DNA of 64,000 bases from Alphaproteobacteria bacterium (GTDB lineage Bacteria; Pseudomonadota; Alphaproteobacteria; Thalassobaculales; Thalassobaculaceae). Of this stretch, positions 45,815 through 57,762 are shown one piece after another (position 1 is the stretch's first letter; each line of letters opens with the position of its first letter). The position numbers and the translations under genes were made by a program. The notes under the pieces are model-generated. The model searched no databases and was not told where the DNA came from. It saw nothing but the letters and a program-made list of their open reading frames with translations. The stretch is from contig JABMNR010000089.1 of NCBI GenBank assembly GCA_013203465.1, positions 2,487 through 66,486 on the forward strand, in the 5' to 3' direction.

Positions 45815-46941
45815 CGGTCTTCCGGCTCCCCGACCTCGGTGAAGGTCTGCAAGAAGCGGAAATCGTCTCCTGGCATGTCTCCGCCGGCGACCATGTGGTG
45901 GCCGATCAGCCGTTGGTTTCGGTCGAGACGGAAAAAGCGGTTGTTGAAATCCCGTCACCCCAAGCCGGGCACATCGCCGAGCTTTTTGTCGCGGTTGGCG
46001 AGCGGGTGCCCATCGGCACCGCGTTGCTATCGTTCGCCGAGACGCCTCACACCGACACCGGCACCGTGGTCGGTGAGATTCCGCAAGCGTCCGATACGAC
46101 GGCCGGACCGAGCACTCCGCCGGGGCGAGCGACCCGACAACAACACCTCTCCAGCTCACGTCGCACCATCGCCACGAAGGCCGCCCCGCGCATACGCGCA
46201 CTGGCCAAGCGACTGAATGTCGATCTGGCGACGCTGAGCGGTGGTGGGCCCGGTGGTGCCATCACCGCCGCCGATGTCGAGCGCGCCGCGCGCGTCGATG
46301 TTCCCGAAGGATACGAGCCGTTGCGTGGTGCGCGGCGGTCGATGGCACTCGCCATGGCCCGATCCCAGCATTCGGTGGCGGCCACCACCTTGACGGAAGA
46401 GGCCGATATCGAGAGCTGGAGCGATGCGGCCCGCCCAACGGTTCGCCTGATCCGCGCGCTGGTCGTCGGCTGTCACGCGGCACCCGCGCTCAACGCCTGG
46501 TATGATGAGGACGCGGTGGCCGCGCGGCGGCACACGACGGTCGATCTCGGACTTGCCGTCGACACCGAGGACGGGTTGCTGGTGCCGGTGTTGCGGGGCG
46601 CGGAAGGCTTGGAGGTCGCCGGGTTGAACGACGCGATCGCCGACCTCAAGACCCGGGCCCGGCAACGGACACTGACACCGCGCGAGTTGTCCGACGCCAC
46701 CATCACGTTATCGAATTTTGGTATGCTCGCCGGGTTGCACGCCGCCTTGATGGTCGTGCCGCCGCAAGTCGCGATCCTCGGAGCCGGGCGCATTGTCCGT
46801 CGTGTGGTCGACCAGAACGGCGGCCTCGCCCTACATCGCACGCTGCCGCTGTCGCTGACGTTCGATCATCGTGCCGTCACCGGTGGCGATGCCGCTCGGT
46901 TCCTGCGCGCGGCGGTTCGGGATCTTGAGGCAGCTGACTGA
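45811..46941 (+). CDS. dihydrolipoamide acyltransferase E2 component
   Basis: Lipoyl domain with VETEKAVVEIPSP, peripheral subunit-binding domain (APRIRALAKRLNVDLATL), catalytic DHRAVTGGDAARF. Confidence 0.9.
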   Translation: MTVFRLPDLGEGLQEAEIVSWHVSAGDHVVADQPLVSVETEKAVVEIPSPQAGHIAELFVAVGERVPIGTALLSFAETPHTDTGTVVGEIPQASDTTAGPSTPPGRATRQQHLSSSRRTIATKAAPRIRALAKRLNVDLATLSGGGPGGAITAADVERAARVDVPEGYEPLRGARRSMALAMARSQHSVAATTLTEEADIESWSDAARPTVRLIRALVVGCHAAPALNAWYDEDAVAARRHTTVDLGLAVDTEDGLLVPVLRGAEGLEVAGLNDAIADLKTRARQRTLTPRELSDATITLSNFGMLAGLHAALMVVPPQVAILGAGRIVRRVVDQNGGLALHRTLPLSLTFDHRAVTGGDAARFLRAAVRDLEAAD

Positions 46942-46954
46942 AAGAGGGCCCGTT

Positions 46955-48067
46955 ATGGACACGCCATTCCATTACGCCGACGACCTGGGACCCGCCAAGG
47001 TGGTCCATATCCATCATCCGGCGCTTGATCTCAAGGCGATCGTGGTGATCGACAACATCGCCGCCGGCCCGTCGATCGGCGGTGTCCGGCTGGCGCCCGA
47101 CGTAAGTCTGGAAGAATGCTTTCGGCTTGCTCGGGCCATGACATTGAAGAACGCCGCCGCCGGCCTGCCTCATGGCGGGGGCAAATCGGTGATCTTTGGT
47201 GACCCCGCCATGCCAATTGCCAACAAGGAGCGGCTGATCCGGGCGTTCGCGCAAGCTATCCGCGACCTCGTCGACTACATTCCCGGCCCTGACATGGGCA
47301 CCAACGAGACGTGCATGGCCTGGATCCAGGACGAGATCGGCCGTGCTGTCGGTCTTCCACCCACCATTGGCGGCATCCCCTTGGACGACATTGGCGCGAC
47401 GGGGTACGGCGTCGCGGTCGCCGGTGAGGTGGCCCAGGGGTTCTGCGATGTCAGCCTCGACGGCGCTCGTGTCGCCATTCAGGGTTTCGGCTCGGTCGGC
47501 CGTCATGCCGCGCGCTTCCTAGAGGAGAAAGGCGCGGTATTGGTCGCTGCCTCCGATTCGCGGGGTGCGATTCACGCGCCGGATGGTCTCGACGTCGAGG
47601 CTCTGATCCAGCACAAGCGGGCTGGTCGCGCCGTTACCGAGTTCAGTTCCGGCACTGTGCTCGATGGGGAGGCGGTCATCGCCGTCGATTGCGACATTCT
47701 GGTGCCAGCGGCCCGCCCCGACGCCATCCGCATGGACAATGTCGACAGCGTGAAGGCGCGGCTCGTGCTGCAGGGCGCCAACGTACCGGTCACGGCGGAC
47801 GCGGATATTGCGCTGCACCGTCGTGGCGTGCTGTCGATTCCCGACTTTATCGCCAACGCCGGGGGCGTGATCTGCGCCGCCGTCGAGTATCATGGCGGCA
47901 CCGAGGCAACGGCGTTCGAAACCATTGCAACGAAAATCGCCACCAACACCCGCATCATGCTTGAGGAGGCTGCGCGGGATGCAACCTCACCCTCGGAAGC
48001 CGCGGCGACATTGGCGACACGCCGTGTTCGTGACGCCGCCGGCTATCGGCGCGGGCACACAGAGTGA
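46955..48067 (+). CDS. Glu/Leu/Phe/Val amino-acid dehydrogenase family enzyme
   Basis: Track ORF 46871..48067. ATG 46955 has AAGAGGG upstream. Catalytic GGGK motif (LPHGGGKSVI), GFGSVG Rossmann motif. Confidence 0.85.
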   Translation: MDTPFHYADDLGPAKVVHIHHPALDLKAIVVIDNIAAGPSIGGVRLAPDVSLEECFRLARAMTLKNAAAGLPHGGGKSVIFGDPAMPIANKERLIRAFAQAIRDLVDYIPGPDMGTNETCMAWIQDEIGRAVGLPPTIGGIPLDDIGATGYGVAVAGEVAQGFCDVSLDGARVAIQGFGSVGRHAARFLEEKGAVLVAASDSRGAIHAPDGLDVEALIQHKRAGRAVTEFSSGTVLDGEAVIAVDCDILVPAARPDAIRMDNVDSVKARLVLQGANVPVTADADIALHRRGVLSIPDFIANAGGVICAAVEYHGGTEATAFETIATKIATNTRIMLEEAARDATSPSEAAATLATRRVRDAAGYRRGHTE

Positions 48068-48089
48068 TTTATAAAGAGTTAGGCGCGCC

Positions 48090-49937
48090 ATGAAGGACAA
48101 ACGCTGGATTCTCATCGGGGTAGTCGTACTTGCCCTATCGATGTGGTCCCTCACCCGACAGGTCTCACCACCGCCGGCCGAGGCCGTGACGGTCTCGTAT
48201 TCCGCCTTCAAGGCACAGCTCGTCGACGGTCATGTCAAGCAAGTGTCGATGCAGGAAGACGATCTAAGTGCCGTTCTCGACGCGCCATACGAGCTGCAAC
48301 CCGGTGTCGCCTCCCGGCTTGTGCGAACGCGTATCCCGCCGGTTGGAGACCCGTCGCTGATTGGCTTGCTGGAAGAGCACGAAGTCGATATCTCGGCGTT
48401 GCCGCCACCGGCCGACAATTGGTGGGTGTCGTGGTTGCCATGGCTGATCTTCATCGGTCTCTACCTGTTCTTCTGGCGGCGGTTGTTTCAAAACGCCACC
48501 GGGGGGTTCGGTGGCCGGAACATCGGCGATTTTCTCAAAGCACAATCCCAGAAGAAACGCGGCGCCTCGCCGAAGGTCAGGTTCGACGATGTCGCCGGCC
48601 AGGAAAGCGCCAAGCAGGAGGTCGCCGAGGTCGTCGAGTTCCTTCGCGATCCAGGCCGATTCCAGAAGCTCGGCGCCGAGCCGCCACGCGGCGTGCTGCT
48701 GATGGGCCCACCCGGTACCGGGAAGACGCTTTTGGCCCGCGCGCTGGCCGGTGAGGCCGGCGTTCCATTCTTCAACATCTCGGCCTCGGAATTCATCGAG
48801 GTCTTCGTCGGCGTCGGCGCCAGCCGCGTGCGCTCGATGTTCGAGGAGGCGAAAAAGCGCGCGCCGTCGATCATCTTCATTGACGAACTCGACGCGATTG
48901 GCCGCGTGCGCGGCGCCGGGTTCGGCGGCGGGCACGACGAGCGCGAGCAAACGCTGAACCAGATCCTGTCCGAGATGGACGGCTTCGAAGGCCACGAGGC
49001 GGTGATCGTGCTCGCGGCGACCAACCGCCCCGATGTGCTCGACCCGGCGCTGCTCAGACCCGGTCGGTTCGACCGTCACGTCACCCTCGACCTACCGGAC
49101 AAGACCGCGCGCGAGGCCATTCTCAAGGTACATGCGCGTGGCAAACCGATCGCCGACGATGTTGACTTCTCCAAGCTCGCCGCCGGCACTCCGGGTTTCT
49201 ACGGCGCTGATCTGAAGAACCTCGTCAACGAGGCGGCGATCGCCTGCGCCCGGGCCGAGGAAGACCAGATCGCCATGCGGCATTTCGACCAGATGCGCGA
49301 TCGGGTGATGATGGGAATGGAGCGGAACCTGACCATCCGGGACGAGGAATTGCATCGTCTCGCGGTCCACGAGGCCGGACACACGACGGTCGCCCACTAC
49401 TTGCCGAACGCCGATCCGCTGTACAAGGTCACGATCATTCCGCGCGGCCGCGCCTTGGGCGGTACCCACATGTTGCCGGAAGAGGAACGGCACACGCTGT
49501 CCAGCGCCTATCTGACCGATCGACTATCGGTCTTGCTAGGAGGCCGCGCGGCGGAGAAGGTCCTGTTGGGTAATGTCAGCTCCGGTGCCGACGACGACAT
49601 TCGCCAAGCAACCCAACTGGCACGCGCCATGGTGACGCGTTGGGGCATGTCCGAGACGATCGGGCCGATCGACCTGCGTCAGAGTGAGGAGCATCCATTC
49701 CTCGGACGCGAGATGACGCAGCCACGACAGTTCAGCGACAGCACGGCCCACGACGTCGACCTTGAAGTCCGCTCCATCCTGAACGCCGCCGAAGCATGCG
49801 CGGTTGCGGTGATCGAGGCCCACCGGACAAACGTTGACGCCTTGGTTGCGTCTCTTGAGCAGCATGAAACCCTCGACCGCGCCGCGATCGATTCCCTCCT
49901 GGGAGACAGCATAAGCATAGCCCGATCCCAGGCATGA
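48090..49937 (+). CDS. ftsH: ATP-dependent zinc metalloprotease FtsH
   Basis: N-terminal TM pair, Walker [13 protein letters not shown] Walker B, second region of homology, zinc site HEAGH. Confidence 0.95.
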   Translation: MKDKRWILIGVVVLALSMWSLTRQVSPPPAEAVTVSYSAFKAQLVDGHVKQVSMQEDDLSAVLDAPYELQPGVASRLVRTRIPPVGDPSLIGLLEEHEVDISALPPPADNWWVSWLPWLIFIGLYLFFWRRLFQNATGGFGGRNIGDFLKAQSQKKRGASPKVRFDDVAGQESAKQEVAEVVEFLRDPGRFQKLGAEPPRGVLLMGPPGTGKTLLARALAGEAGVPFFNISASEFIEVFVGVGASRVRSMFEEAKKRAPSIIFIDELDAIGRVRGAGFGGGHDEREQTLNQILSEMDGFEGHEAVIVLAATNRPDVLDPALLRPGRFDRHVTLDLPDKTAREAILKVHARGKPIADDVDFSKLAAGTPGFYGADLKNLVNEAAIACARAEEDQIAMRHFDQMRDRVMMGMERNLTIRDEELHRLAVHEAGHTTVAHYLPNADPLYKVTIIPRGRALGGTHMLPEEERHTLSSAYLTDRLSVLLGGRAAEKVLLGNVSSGADDDIRQATQLARAMVTRWGMSETIGPIDLRQSEEHPFLGREMTQPRQFSDSTAHDVDLEVRSILNAAEACAVAVIEAHRTNVDALVASLEQHETLDRAAIDSLLGDSISIARSQA

Positions 49938-50159
49938 CGGTGTCCGTCGCGTAACGGTGCCGGTCTGGAACCTCCGTATGGCCCAGAATCAGCACCGACG
50001 CACCGATCGAGGTAACCCCATAGCACGTAGTTTGATCGAGACGCTTGGTTCCCAAGCGCCTGGCGACTCAGCCCACAAGACGCCTGATCTGGTGGGGCGA
50101 TTCACCAAACGGATGGAACCCATCCGTTTCGATCGCACCACTCGTGTATGGAGCTTGTG

Positions 50160-50612
50160 TCATCCATTCCCCGCCACCGGTGGTGCCGGCTGGGTATAGA
50201 TCCAATGGCCGGCAAAGCCGCCGACGACCGCTCCAGTCATTGTGGCGAGACCGCCGCCGCCAAGCAGGTCGAAAACCACCGCCCCTAGGACGGCGCCGGC
50301 CGCAATCGCGGCGAGTTGGCTGGTGGTGACCATGAACACTGTCTCGCCGTCCATCATTTGTTGCGTTTTCTCGCGGGCAACCTCGCCCATACGCTGCACA
50401 TCCTGCTTCAGACGCTGCACCGTGGTATCCAAATTATTGGCCGGGGATTCCGCCGCCGTACCCTGGTTCCCAGCCGCCGCTGGTGAACTCTCTGTCGGTG
50501 ACGTCGAGCTTGACGTCTGCGCGGCGACGGGAAGCCCCGCGAACACCAACAGAGCAAACCCAATAAGCGCGATGCGAAGTGTGGAAACCATCGGGTTCCC
50601 TCCTGTTGTCAT
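50160..50612 (-). CDS. exported hypothetical protein with C-terminal glycine-zipper segment
   Basis: Signal peptide (ALIGFALLVFAGLPVAAQ), Ser/Thr/Ala-rich linker, C-terminal AIAAGAVLGAVVFDLLGGGGLATMTGAVVGGFAG. Confidence 0.6.
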   Translation of the reverse strand: MTTGGNPMVSTLRIALIGFALLVFAGLPVAAQTSSSTSPTESSPAAAGNQGTAAESPANNLDTTVQRLKQDVQRMGEVAREKTQQMMDGETVFMVTTSQLAAIAAGAVLGAVVFDLLGGGGLATMTGAVVGGFAGHWIYTQPAPPVAGNG

Positions 50613-50660
50613 GAAGTTAAACGCTTCAGCGGAGTGTCGCAGAGCTTGCAGACGAGCCCC

Positions 50661-50674
50661 ATGATCTGTGTCAA
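50661..50674. promoter_or_regulatory. FixK/FNR-type box variant ATGAT-N4-GTCAA
   Basis: Read directly, 49-62 nt upstream of ATG 50612 on the - strand. One mismatch in the left half-site. Confidence 0.3.
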
Positions 50675-50801
50675 CAAGCGGCGCCGCCGTGGCCGCGTCG
50701 GATCATCGCGATCGGCGTAATCCGGTGTTTACGCGGCGGCCCGTACTCTCAATGTCCCAGCAGGAACCGTCATTCGGCCCAGCCGACGACCTACCATAAC
50801 A

Positions 50802-51704
50802 TCAATACTTATCACGCGACGAACCTGACGTCGCCCTCCCCGACAGCGCCTCGAACCCGGCGATCACGTCGAGCAGCTCGTCGGTGACCTGTGATTGGCG
50901 TACCCTTCGCTCGTCTCCCATAAGCTCCTCCAGCCGGTCGTCGAGCGCGTGTTCCGCCTGTTGCATAAGCGCCAGGCGCGCCGCGTTCTCGGCCGCCATC
51001 GATTCCGCCGTCGCCTCGAACAAGCTCGCGAACAGATACTGGCGGACCAGCGCCGCGAACAGGCTCTCGGTATCCATCGAATAGGTCGGGAGAGTCGTTG
51101 AGCGCCACGGTCGGCGCTTCAGCTCCTGCAGCCAGCGTTTGTCGATGGGCAGGAGACGGCTCATCACGGACCGATACGTCCCTGCCTCTGCCCGTTGATT
51201 GTGGACGACCTCCACCACGATGGCCCCGCCCGAATCGCGTTCCCGGTCGAGCGCGATCAGCAACGCGGCCGCCAGAGGCCCAACTCCCTCCATCGACGCC
51301 GGTGGCGAGAAGGTTTCCACGGGTTCGACGCCGGTCGCCTCAAGAGCCGCCGCGAGCCGTGCCCCGATGGCTATAGCCCGCGCCGGTGCCTGGCGATTAG
51401 CGAGTTGCATGGCTGTAAACTTTGCGGCTTCCTCATTGAACCCACCGCACAACCCATGATCGGAACCGAACACCAGCACAACACCCGATGCGTCGGGCCT
51501 GGGTGCCGACAACTGTGCGATATCGATCCCTGCCAGCACGACCTGAAATCCGGCCAAAACCGTTTCGTGGAACGCATCGATCGACATCGCCGCACGGTCA
51601 AAGGGCACGGCGTTCACGACCGACAACATCTTCATGGTGCGTACGACGCCGCGAATTCTTCGCAGTGTCGTGGTGCGTCGTGCCAAGGACTCAAGCGTTT
51701 GCAT
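50802..51704 (-). CDS. atpG: N-ATPase (F-type) gamma subunit
   Basis: 300 aa. Gamma-type N- and C-terminal helices ([13 protein letters not shown]..., ...[18 protein letters not shown]). Last gene of the atpDCQRBEFAG block. Confidence 0.85.
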   Translation of the reverse strand: MQTLESLARRTTTLRRIRGVVRTMKMLSVVNAVPFDRAAMSIDAFHETVLAGFQVVLAGIDIAQLSAPRPDASGVVLVFGSDHGLCGGFNEEAAKFTAMQLANRQAPARAIAIGARLAAALEATGVEPVETFSPPASMEGVGPLAAALLIALDRERDSGGAIVVEVVHNQRAEAGTYRSVMSRLLPIDKRWLQELKRRPWRSTTLPTYSMDTESLFAALVRQYLFASLFEATAESMAAENAARLALMQQAEHALDDRLEELMGDERRVRQSQVTDELLDVIAGFEALSGRATSGSSRDKY

Positions 51705-53241
51705 CTTCTATGGTCCCCGTGACGAGACGGTCCAGCGCGCGGCGGCCACGGTCAACCAGGGAAGCAAGATCGGTCTCGGACAGTTTGGCCCCATCCGCGA
51801 TCCGCTGCGTAATCGCGCCAAGATCCGTCTCGACCGCAGCGGCAACCGCGTGTGCCGCGTCATCGAAGTACTCCACCGCGATATCGTCGAACAATCCCTG
51901 CAGGGCACAGAACAAGATCGTGATCTGCCGCGCTGACGGCATCGGCTGGCGCTCGGGCTGCCGGAGTGCCGCACGTACCGACCGGCCGCGAACCAACTGC
52001 GCCCGGGTCGCTGTATCCAGGCGGGTGCCAAAGCGAGCGAAGGTTTCCAACTCGTCGAATTGCGACATGACGATCCGGATATCCCCCGCCACTTGTCGAT
52101 AGGCGGGCGCCTGAGCCTTGCCACCGACGCGAGACACCGACTTGCCAAGATCGATGGCGGGGAACTGCCCCTTCTGAACCAGACGCGGCGATAGATAAAT
52201 CTGCCCATCGGTGATGGAAATAAGGTTCGTTGGAATATAGGCGGTCAGATTTTCCGCCTGAGTCTCCACGATCGGCAGCGCGGTGAGGGAGCCGCCACCT
52301 CGTGCCGCGCCGAGTTGCGCCGCGCGTTCCAGCAACCGGGCGTGAACGTAGAAAATATCACCGGGATAGGCCTCGCGGCCCGGAGGTCGGCGAAGCAGCA
52401 ACGATAATTCTCGATAGGCACGGGCATGACGCGTCAGGTCATCATAGATGATCAGCACATCCCTCCCCTGCGCCATGAAATGCTCGGCCACCGAGGTCGC
52501 GGCGTAGGGTGCCATGAAGTTGAGACCGGGCGCCTCTTCACCCCCTACCGCCATGACGACGGTTCGATCCAACATGTTTCCTGCTTTTAGCGCCGAAATA
52601 ACCCGTGCCACCGCGTCGCCACGCTGACCAATCGCGCAATACACGCAGTAAACGCCGCTCTCCTTCTGATTCAGTATCGCGTCGACCGCGATCGACGTTT
52701 TGCCGGTTTGCCGGTCGCCGATGATCAACTCACGTTGCCCCCGGCCGATCGGAACCGCGGCATCGATCGCCTTGATGCCGGTTGCCAGCGGTCGCGAAAC
52801 CGCGGCGCGGTCAAGTATCGCCGGCGCCGGACCCTCGATCGGTGCCAGACGTTCCGGCACAATTTCGCCGAGATCATCAAGCGGTCGTCCCAGCGCGTCC
52901 ACAACACGCCCAAGAAGAGCGTCGCCGACCGGAACGCTCGCGACCCGACCGCTGCGGCGAACCTCCTCACCAACCCTGATCGCGCCGCCGCCGCCGAGCA
53001 GCACGACACCCAGCCTGTCTTGAGCAAGGTCGGATACGACGCCAACCGCACCGGAGCGAAACATCACCAGTTCGTCGGCAACCACATGCCGAAGACCGCC
53101 AACCTCGGCCACGCCGCTACCGACACGGAGAACCGTTCCCACCTCCTCGATCCTGACCGATCGAGCGGGCGCGCCAACCAGATCATCGATCAAGCCGGTC
53201 ACCGCGACGGCAACGCCGTGAAGATCGACGGCGCCGGTCAC
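51691..53241 (-). CDS. atpA: N-ATPase (F-type) alpha subunit
   Basis: Walker A GDRQTGKT, alpha-type signature [29 protein letters not shown]. Confidence 0.95.
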   Translation of the reverse strand: MTGAVDLHGVAVAVTGLIDDLVGAPARSVRIEEVGTVLRVGSGVAEVGGLRHVVADELVMFRSGAVGVVSDLAQDRLGVVLLGGGGAIRVGEEVRRSGRVASVPVGDALLGRVVDALGRPLDDLGEIVPERLAPIEGPAPAILDRAAVSRPLATGIKAIDAAVPIGRGQRELIIGDRQTGKTSIAVDAILNQKESGVYCVYCAIGQRGDAVARVISALKAGNMLDRTVVMAVGGEEAPGLNFMAPYAATSVAEHFMAQGRDVLIIYDDLTRHARAYRELSLLLRRPPGREAYPGDIFYVHARLLERAAQLGAARGGGSLTALPIVETQAENLTAYIPTNLISITDGQIYLSPRLVQKGQFPAIDLGKSVSRVGGKAQAPAYRQVAGDIRIVMSQFDELETFARFGTRLDTATRAQLVRGRSVRAALRQPERQPMPSARQITILFCALQGLFDDIAVEYFDDAAHAVAAAVETDLGAITQRIADGAKLSETDLASLVDRGRRALDRLVTGTIEDANA

Positions 53242-54017
53242 TATGCGGCCCTTTCAGTGCGGTTCGTAGGTGCTTTGAGGCGGCCTTCAATATCCGATTC
53301 CAGTTCGTCCAAATAGGCGTCGATCGTCCACGCCACCTGTACGCCGGCGAATGTGAGCACCAGTCCAAAGGCATTGTCCTGTGACGTATCAAAGCGCACC
53401 GGAACGCCCTCGCCCAGGATGTGCTGCAACGTTTTCTCGATCTCCTCGCGCCGCTTCTGGGGCAGATCGAATGCCGTTGCCACAACGGCGGTCTCACCAG
53501 CGCTGTCACTCGCCGCCGTCGCGAGATCGGAAGCGAAGGCTCTCAACTCGCTCTCGAACTTGGCGGCCAGACGATCCTCCAACGCCTCGTCAGCCATATC
53601 GGCCAGCGCCTTCCGGGTCAGTCGTGCAACCCCCTGCACGGCGCGGCCGCGAAGCTCCGACAGGAACGCACGCCGCTCGGCCTGAAGTTGCCCGCTCCAG
53701 GCGGCACGTTCCGCATCGGCCTCGGCACGAACCTTGGTGTCCATCTCCCGCCGGAGGTCAGCAGCCTCATCTTGGATCGCCTCAAGGGCAGCCGCCCTCT
53801 CATGGTCCAGCGCATCGGATTTTGCGCGGTACTCGGCCTCCTGGCGCGCCGCGTCAGCTCTAGCCTGTGCCGCCTCCGTCATCCGCGCTTGGATTTCGGC
53901 CTCGCGCGCGTCGATGGCGCGGAGGATCGGGCCATAGAGAAACCGCTTCAGCAGCCACACCAGAATAGCAAAATTGACGATCTGGGCAACAACCGTGATC
54001 CAGTCGATGGCCATCAA
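53241..54017 (-). CDS. atpF: N-ATPase b subunit (long form)
   Basis: One N-terminal TM helix, long Ala/Glu/Arg coiled coil and an extra C-terminal region of about 90 aa. No separate delta gene in the operon. Confidence 0.8.
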   Translation of the reverse strand: MMAIDWITVVAQIVNFAILVWLLKRFLYGPILRAIDAREAEIQARMTEAAQARADAARQEAEYRAKSDALDHERAAALEAIQDEAADLRREMDTKVRAEADAERAAWSGQLQAERRAFLSELRGRAVQGVARLTRKALADMADEALEDRLAAKFESELRAFASDLATAASDSAGETAVVATAFDLPQKRREEIEKTLQHILGEGVPVRFDTSQDNAFGLVLTFAGVQVAWTIDAYLDELESDIEGRLKAPTNRTERAA

Positions 54018-54311
54018 TCATCCACCCGTCGTCGATGCCGCCGTCGCGGACAAGGCCGCTTCCCAGAACGGATTCGCGAAGATCAAGATCATCGAGACCA
54101 CGAAGCAGTAGATCGCGGTGGACTCGATCATCGCGAGGCTGACGAACAGTGTCCGGGTGATCGCCCCCGAGGCATCCGGTTGCTGAGCAATGGCGGCCAG
54201 AGCTTGGGCCGCGGCCCGCGCTTCACCAAACGCCGGACCAAGCGCGCCGAACGATACCGTAAAGCCCGCCATGATGATCGAAACCGCGGCGATTACTGCA
54301 AGATCAGTCAT
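54018..54311 (-). CDS. atpE: N-ATPase c subunit with complete Na+-binding motif
   Basis: 97-aa helical hairpin. AQQPD loop-proximal Gln and MIESTAIY (E, S, T, Y) align with the Ilyobacter tartaricus Na+ ligands Q32/E65/S66/T67/Y70. Confidence 0.9.
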   Translation of the reverse strand: MTDLAVIAAVSIIMAGFTVSFGALGPAFGEARAAAQALAAIAQQPDASGAITRTLFVSLAMIESTAIYCFVVSMILIFANPFWEAALSATAASTTGG

Positions 54312-55028
54312 TCACCTTTCCTCCTCTAATGTCTCGCTTTCGACAGGTTGGATATCGCGCAGCTTTGGCGGGCCCACCGCCGACGCGATGTAGACCATCG
54401 CCAAGACCGCGAAGATGTAGGCCTGGATCATGCCCGTCAGCAGGGCCAGAAGATCCATGACCACGGGAAACAGCAGCGGTGCGACACCAAGCAGGATCGC
54501 CGCGATCACCACGCCGCTCATGATATTGCCGTACAAGCGGATCGCGAGCGCCAACGCCCGGGAAAACTCGCCGATCACGTTGAACGGAAGCATCAGGATC
54601 GTCGGCTTGAGATACTGCGCCAGATACCCCCCCACCCCCCGCTCGGCGACGCCGAAGGCCGGAACCGAGACCAGCACGCATAGCGCGAGCGCGGTGGTTG
54701 TCGAGAGCGACGCGGTCGGTGGCGAGAACCCGGGAACGACCAGCAGTAGGTTCGAGACGGCAATGAACAGGAACAAGGTACCGACAAACGGGATAAACCG
54801 TCTTTGCTCTCCGGGCATCATTTCGGCGATCTGTCCCTCGATGGTCACGACGATGACTTCAAGTGCCGTGCGCCACCGGGACGCCGCGTCAGTTGCCTCG
54901 AGCTTTCGTGTGATCAGCCAGGAGCCGACCACCAGAACCGCCATCACCACCCAGGTAAAAAAGACCGTGGCGTTCAGGCGAATCCCATAGCCTTCCCAGA
55001 GGACGTGACTGTCCGACGTGATTTCCAT
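54312..55028 (-). CDS. atpB: N-ATPase a subunit
   Basis: 238-aa polytopic protein. Conserved stator Arg region LALAIRLYGNIMSG. Confidence 0.9.
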   Translation of the reverse strand: MEITSDSHVLWEGYGIRLNATVFFTWVVMAVLVVGSWLITRKLEATDAASRWRTALEVIVVTIEGQIAEMMPGEQRRFIPFVGTLFLFIAVSNLLLVVPGFSPPTASLSTTTALALCVLVSVPAFGVAERGVGGYLAQYLKPTILMLPFNVIGEFSRALALAIRLYGNIMSGVVIAAILLGVAPLLFPVVMDLLALLTGMIQAYIFAVLAMVYIASAVGPPKLRDIQPVESETLEEER

Positions 55029-55316
55029 TTAGGCGTTCTTGGCCAGATTTGCGAACAACCGGGTTGATGCCGTCGCGGTGAACCGGACAAGCAGAAAGGC
55101 CACGAAAAAACCTAACCCCGCCTCGGGCGACAGACGCAGAGCGAGCATGCCGGCCGTCACAAGCAGCGTCATGCGAACGGCCGCGCTGGCGAGCAAGATC
55201 AGCCCGGGCCGCGGCGCTCCAAGCGCCATCCGGATACCAACCGCCAATCCCATGAAATAGAGACCGCTCGCCAAGACACCCAAACCAGCTCCGAGAGTCA
55301 GCGCCACAATGTCCAT
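55029..55316 (-). CDS. atpR: N-ATPase-specific membrane protein AtpR
   Basis: 95 aa, three hydrophobic helices with intramembrane Arg residues. The position between atpQ and atpB is diagnostic of N-ATPase operons. Confidence 0.75.
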   Translation of the reverse strand: MDIVALTLGAGLGVLASGLYFMGLAVGIRMALGAPRPGLILLASAAVRMTLLVTAGMLALRLSPEAGLGFFVAFLLVRFTATASTRLFANLAKNA

Positions 55317-55380
55317 GTCCTGATCCTCCGACTATCCGATTGCTTGTTGGCGTCAAAAGTTGATCTTACTCGCTCGCCCA

Positions 55381-55688
55381 TCAATCCGGCCCACTGTCCC
55401 ACCGCACCCAACGCCAGGCGACCAACGCGCCGACAACCACGCCCATGAACAACAGGGTGATCGTCCATGAAAACCCCAACGGATACGTGCGGTCCAACCA
55501 CAAACCCAAGAAGATCCCGGCAAGCGTCGGAACCGCCACCGACCAGCCGATCATCCCGAACATTCCAAGGCCGAACAGCAAGCTACGGTGTGGCCGATCA
55601 CGCGCCTTCTGCATTTGCGAGGCGCGTCGTTCGATCTCGCCGGCGGCGTGGTTTGACTCGGCGGCTTCGCGCCGTTCGGTTGGGTCGG

Positions 55689-55692
<4 letters not shown>
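55381..55692 (-). CDS. atpQ: N-ATPase AtpQ (AtpI/AtpZ-like small membrane protein)
   Basis: 103 aa. Charged N-terminus then two helices (LLFGLGMFGMIGWSVAVPTLAGIFLGLWLD). 4-nt overlap with atpC. Confidence 0.75.
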
Positions 55693-57517
<1,825 letters not shown>

Positions 57518-57657
57518 TCAGACATGCCGGCCGGTGACGATACGATCGCATACGTCCATGCCACGGGCCGGCTCGGAGGCGGGATTGACGCGGAGCATCT
57601 TGCGATCCTTCATCGACATTCGGCCTAAAATTCTACACCGGAGCCACCAGGGCCGAT

Positions 57658-57671
57658 TTGATACAGAGCAA
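57658..57671. promoter_or_regulatory. FixK/FNR-type box variant TTGAT-N4-AGCAA in the atpD-phaC divergent region
   Basis: Read directly. 9 of 10 half-site positions match TTGAT-N4-ATCAA. About 98 nt upstream of the phaC ATG and about 160 nt upstream of the atpD ATG. Confidence 0.35.
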
Positions 57672-57762
57672 ATCCAGAACCGGCCGCTGCCTTGAGCGAC
57701 ATCAATGTGCGAATGCTTCGTGAGCCATAGCATTCACTCCTACATTGTCATTCGGAGGCGAA

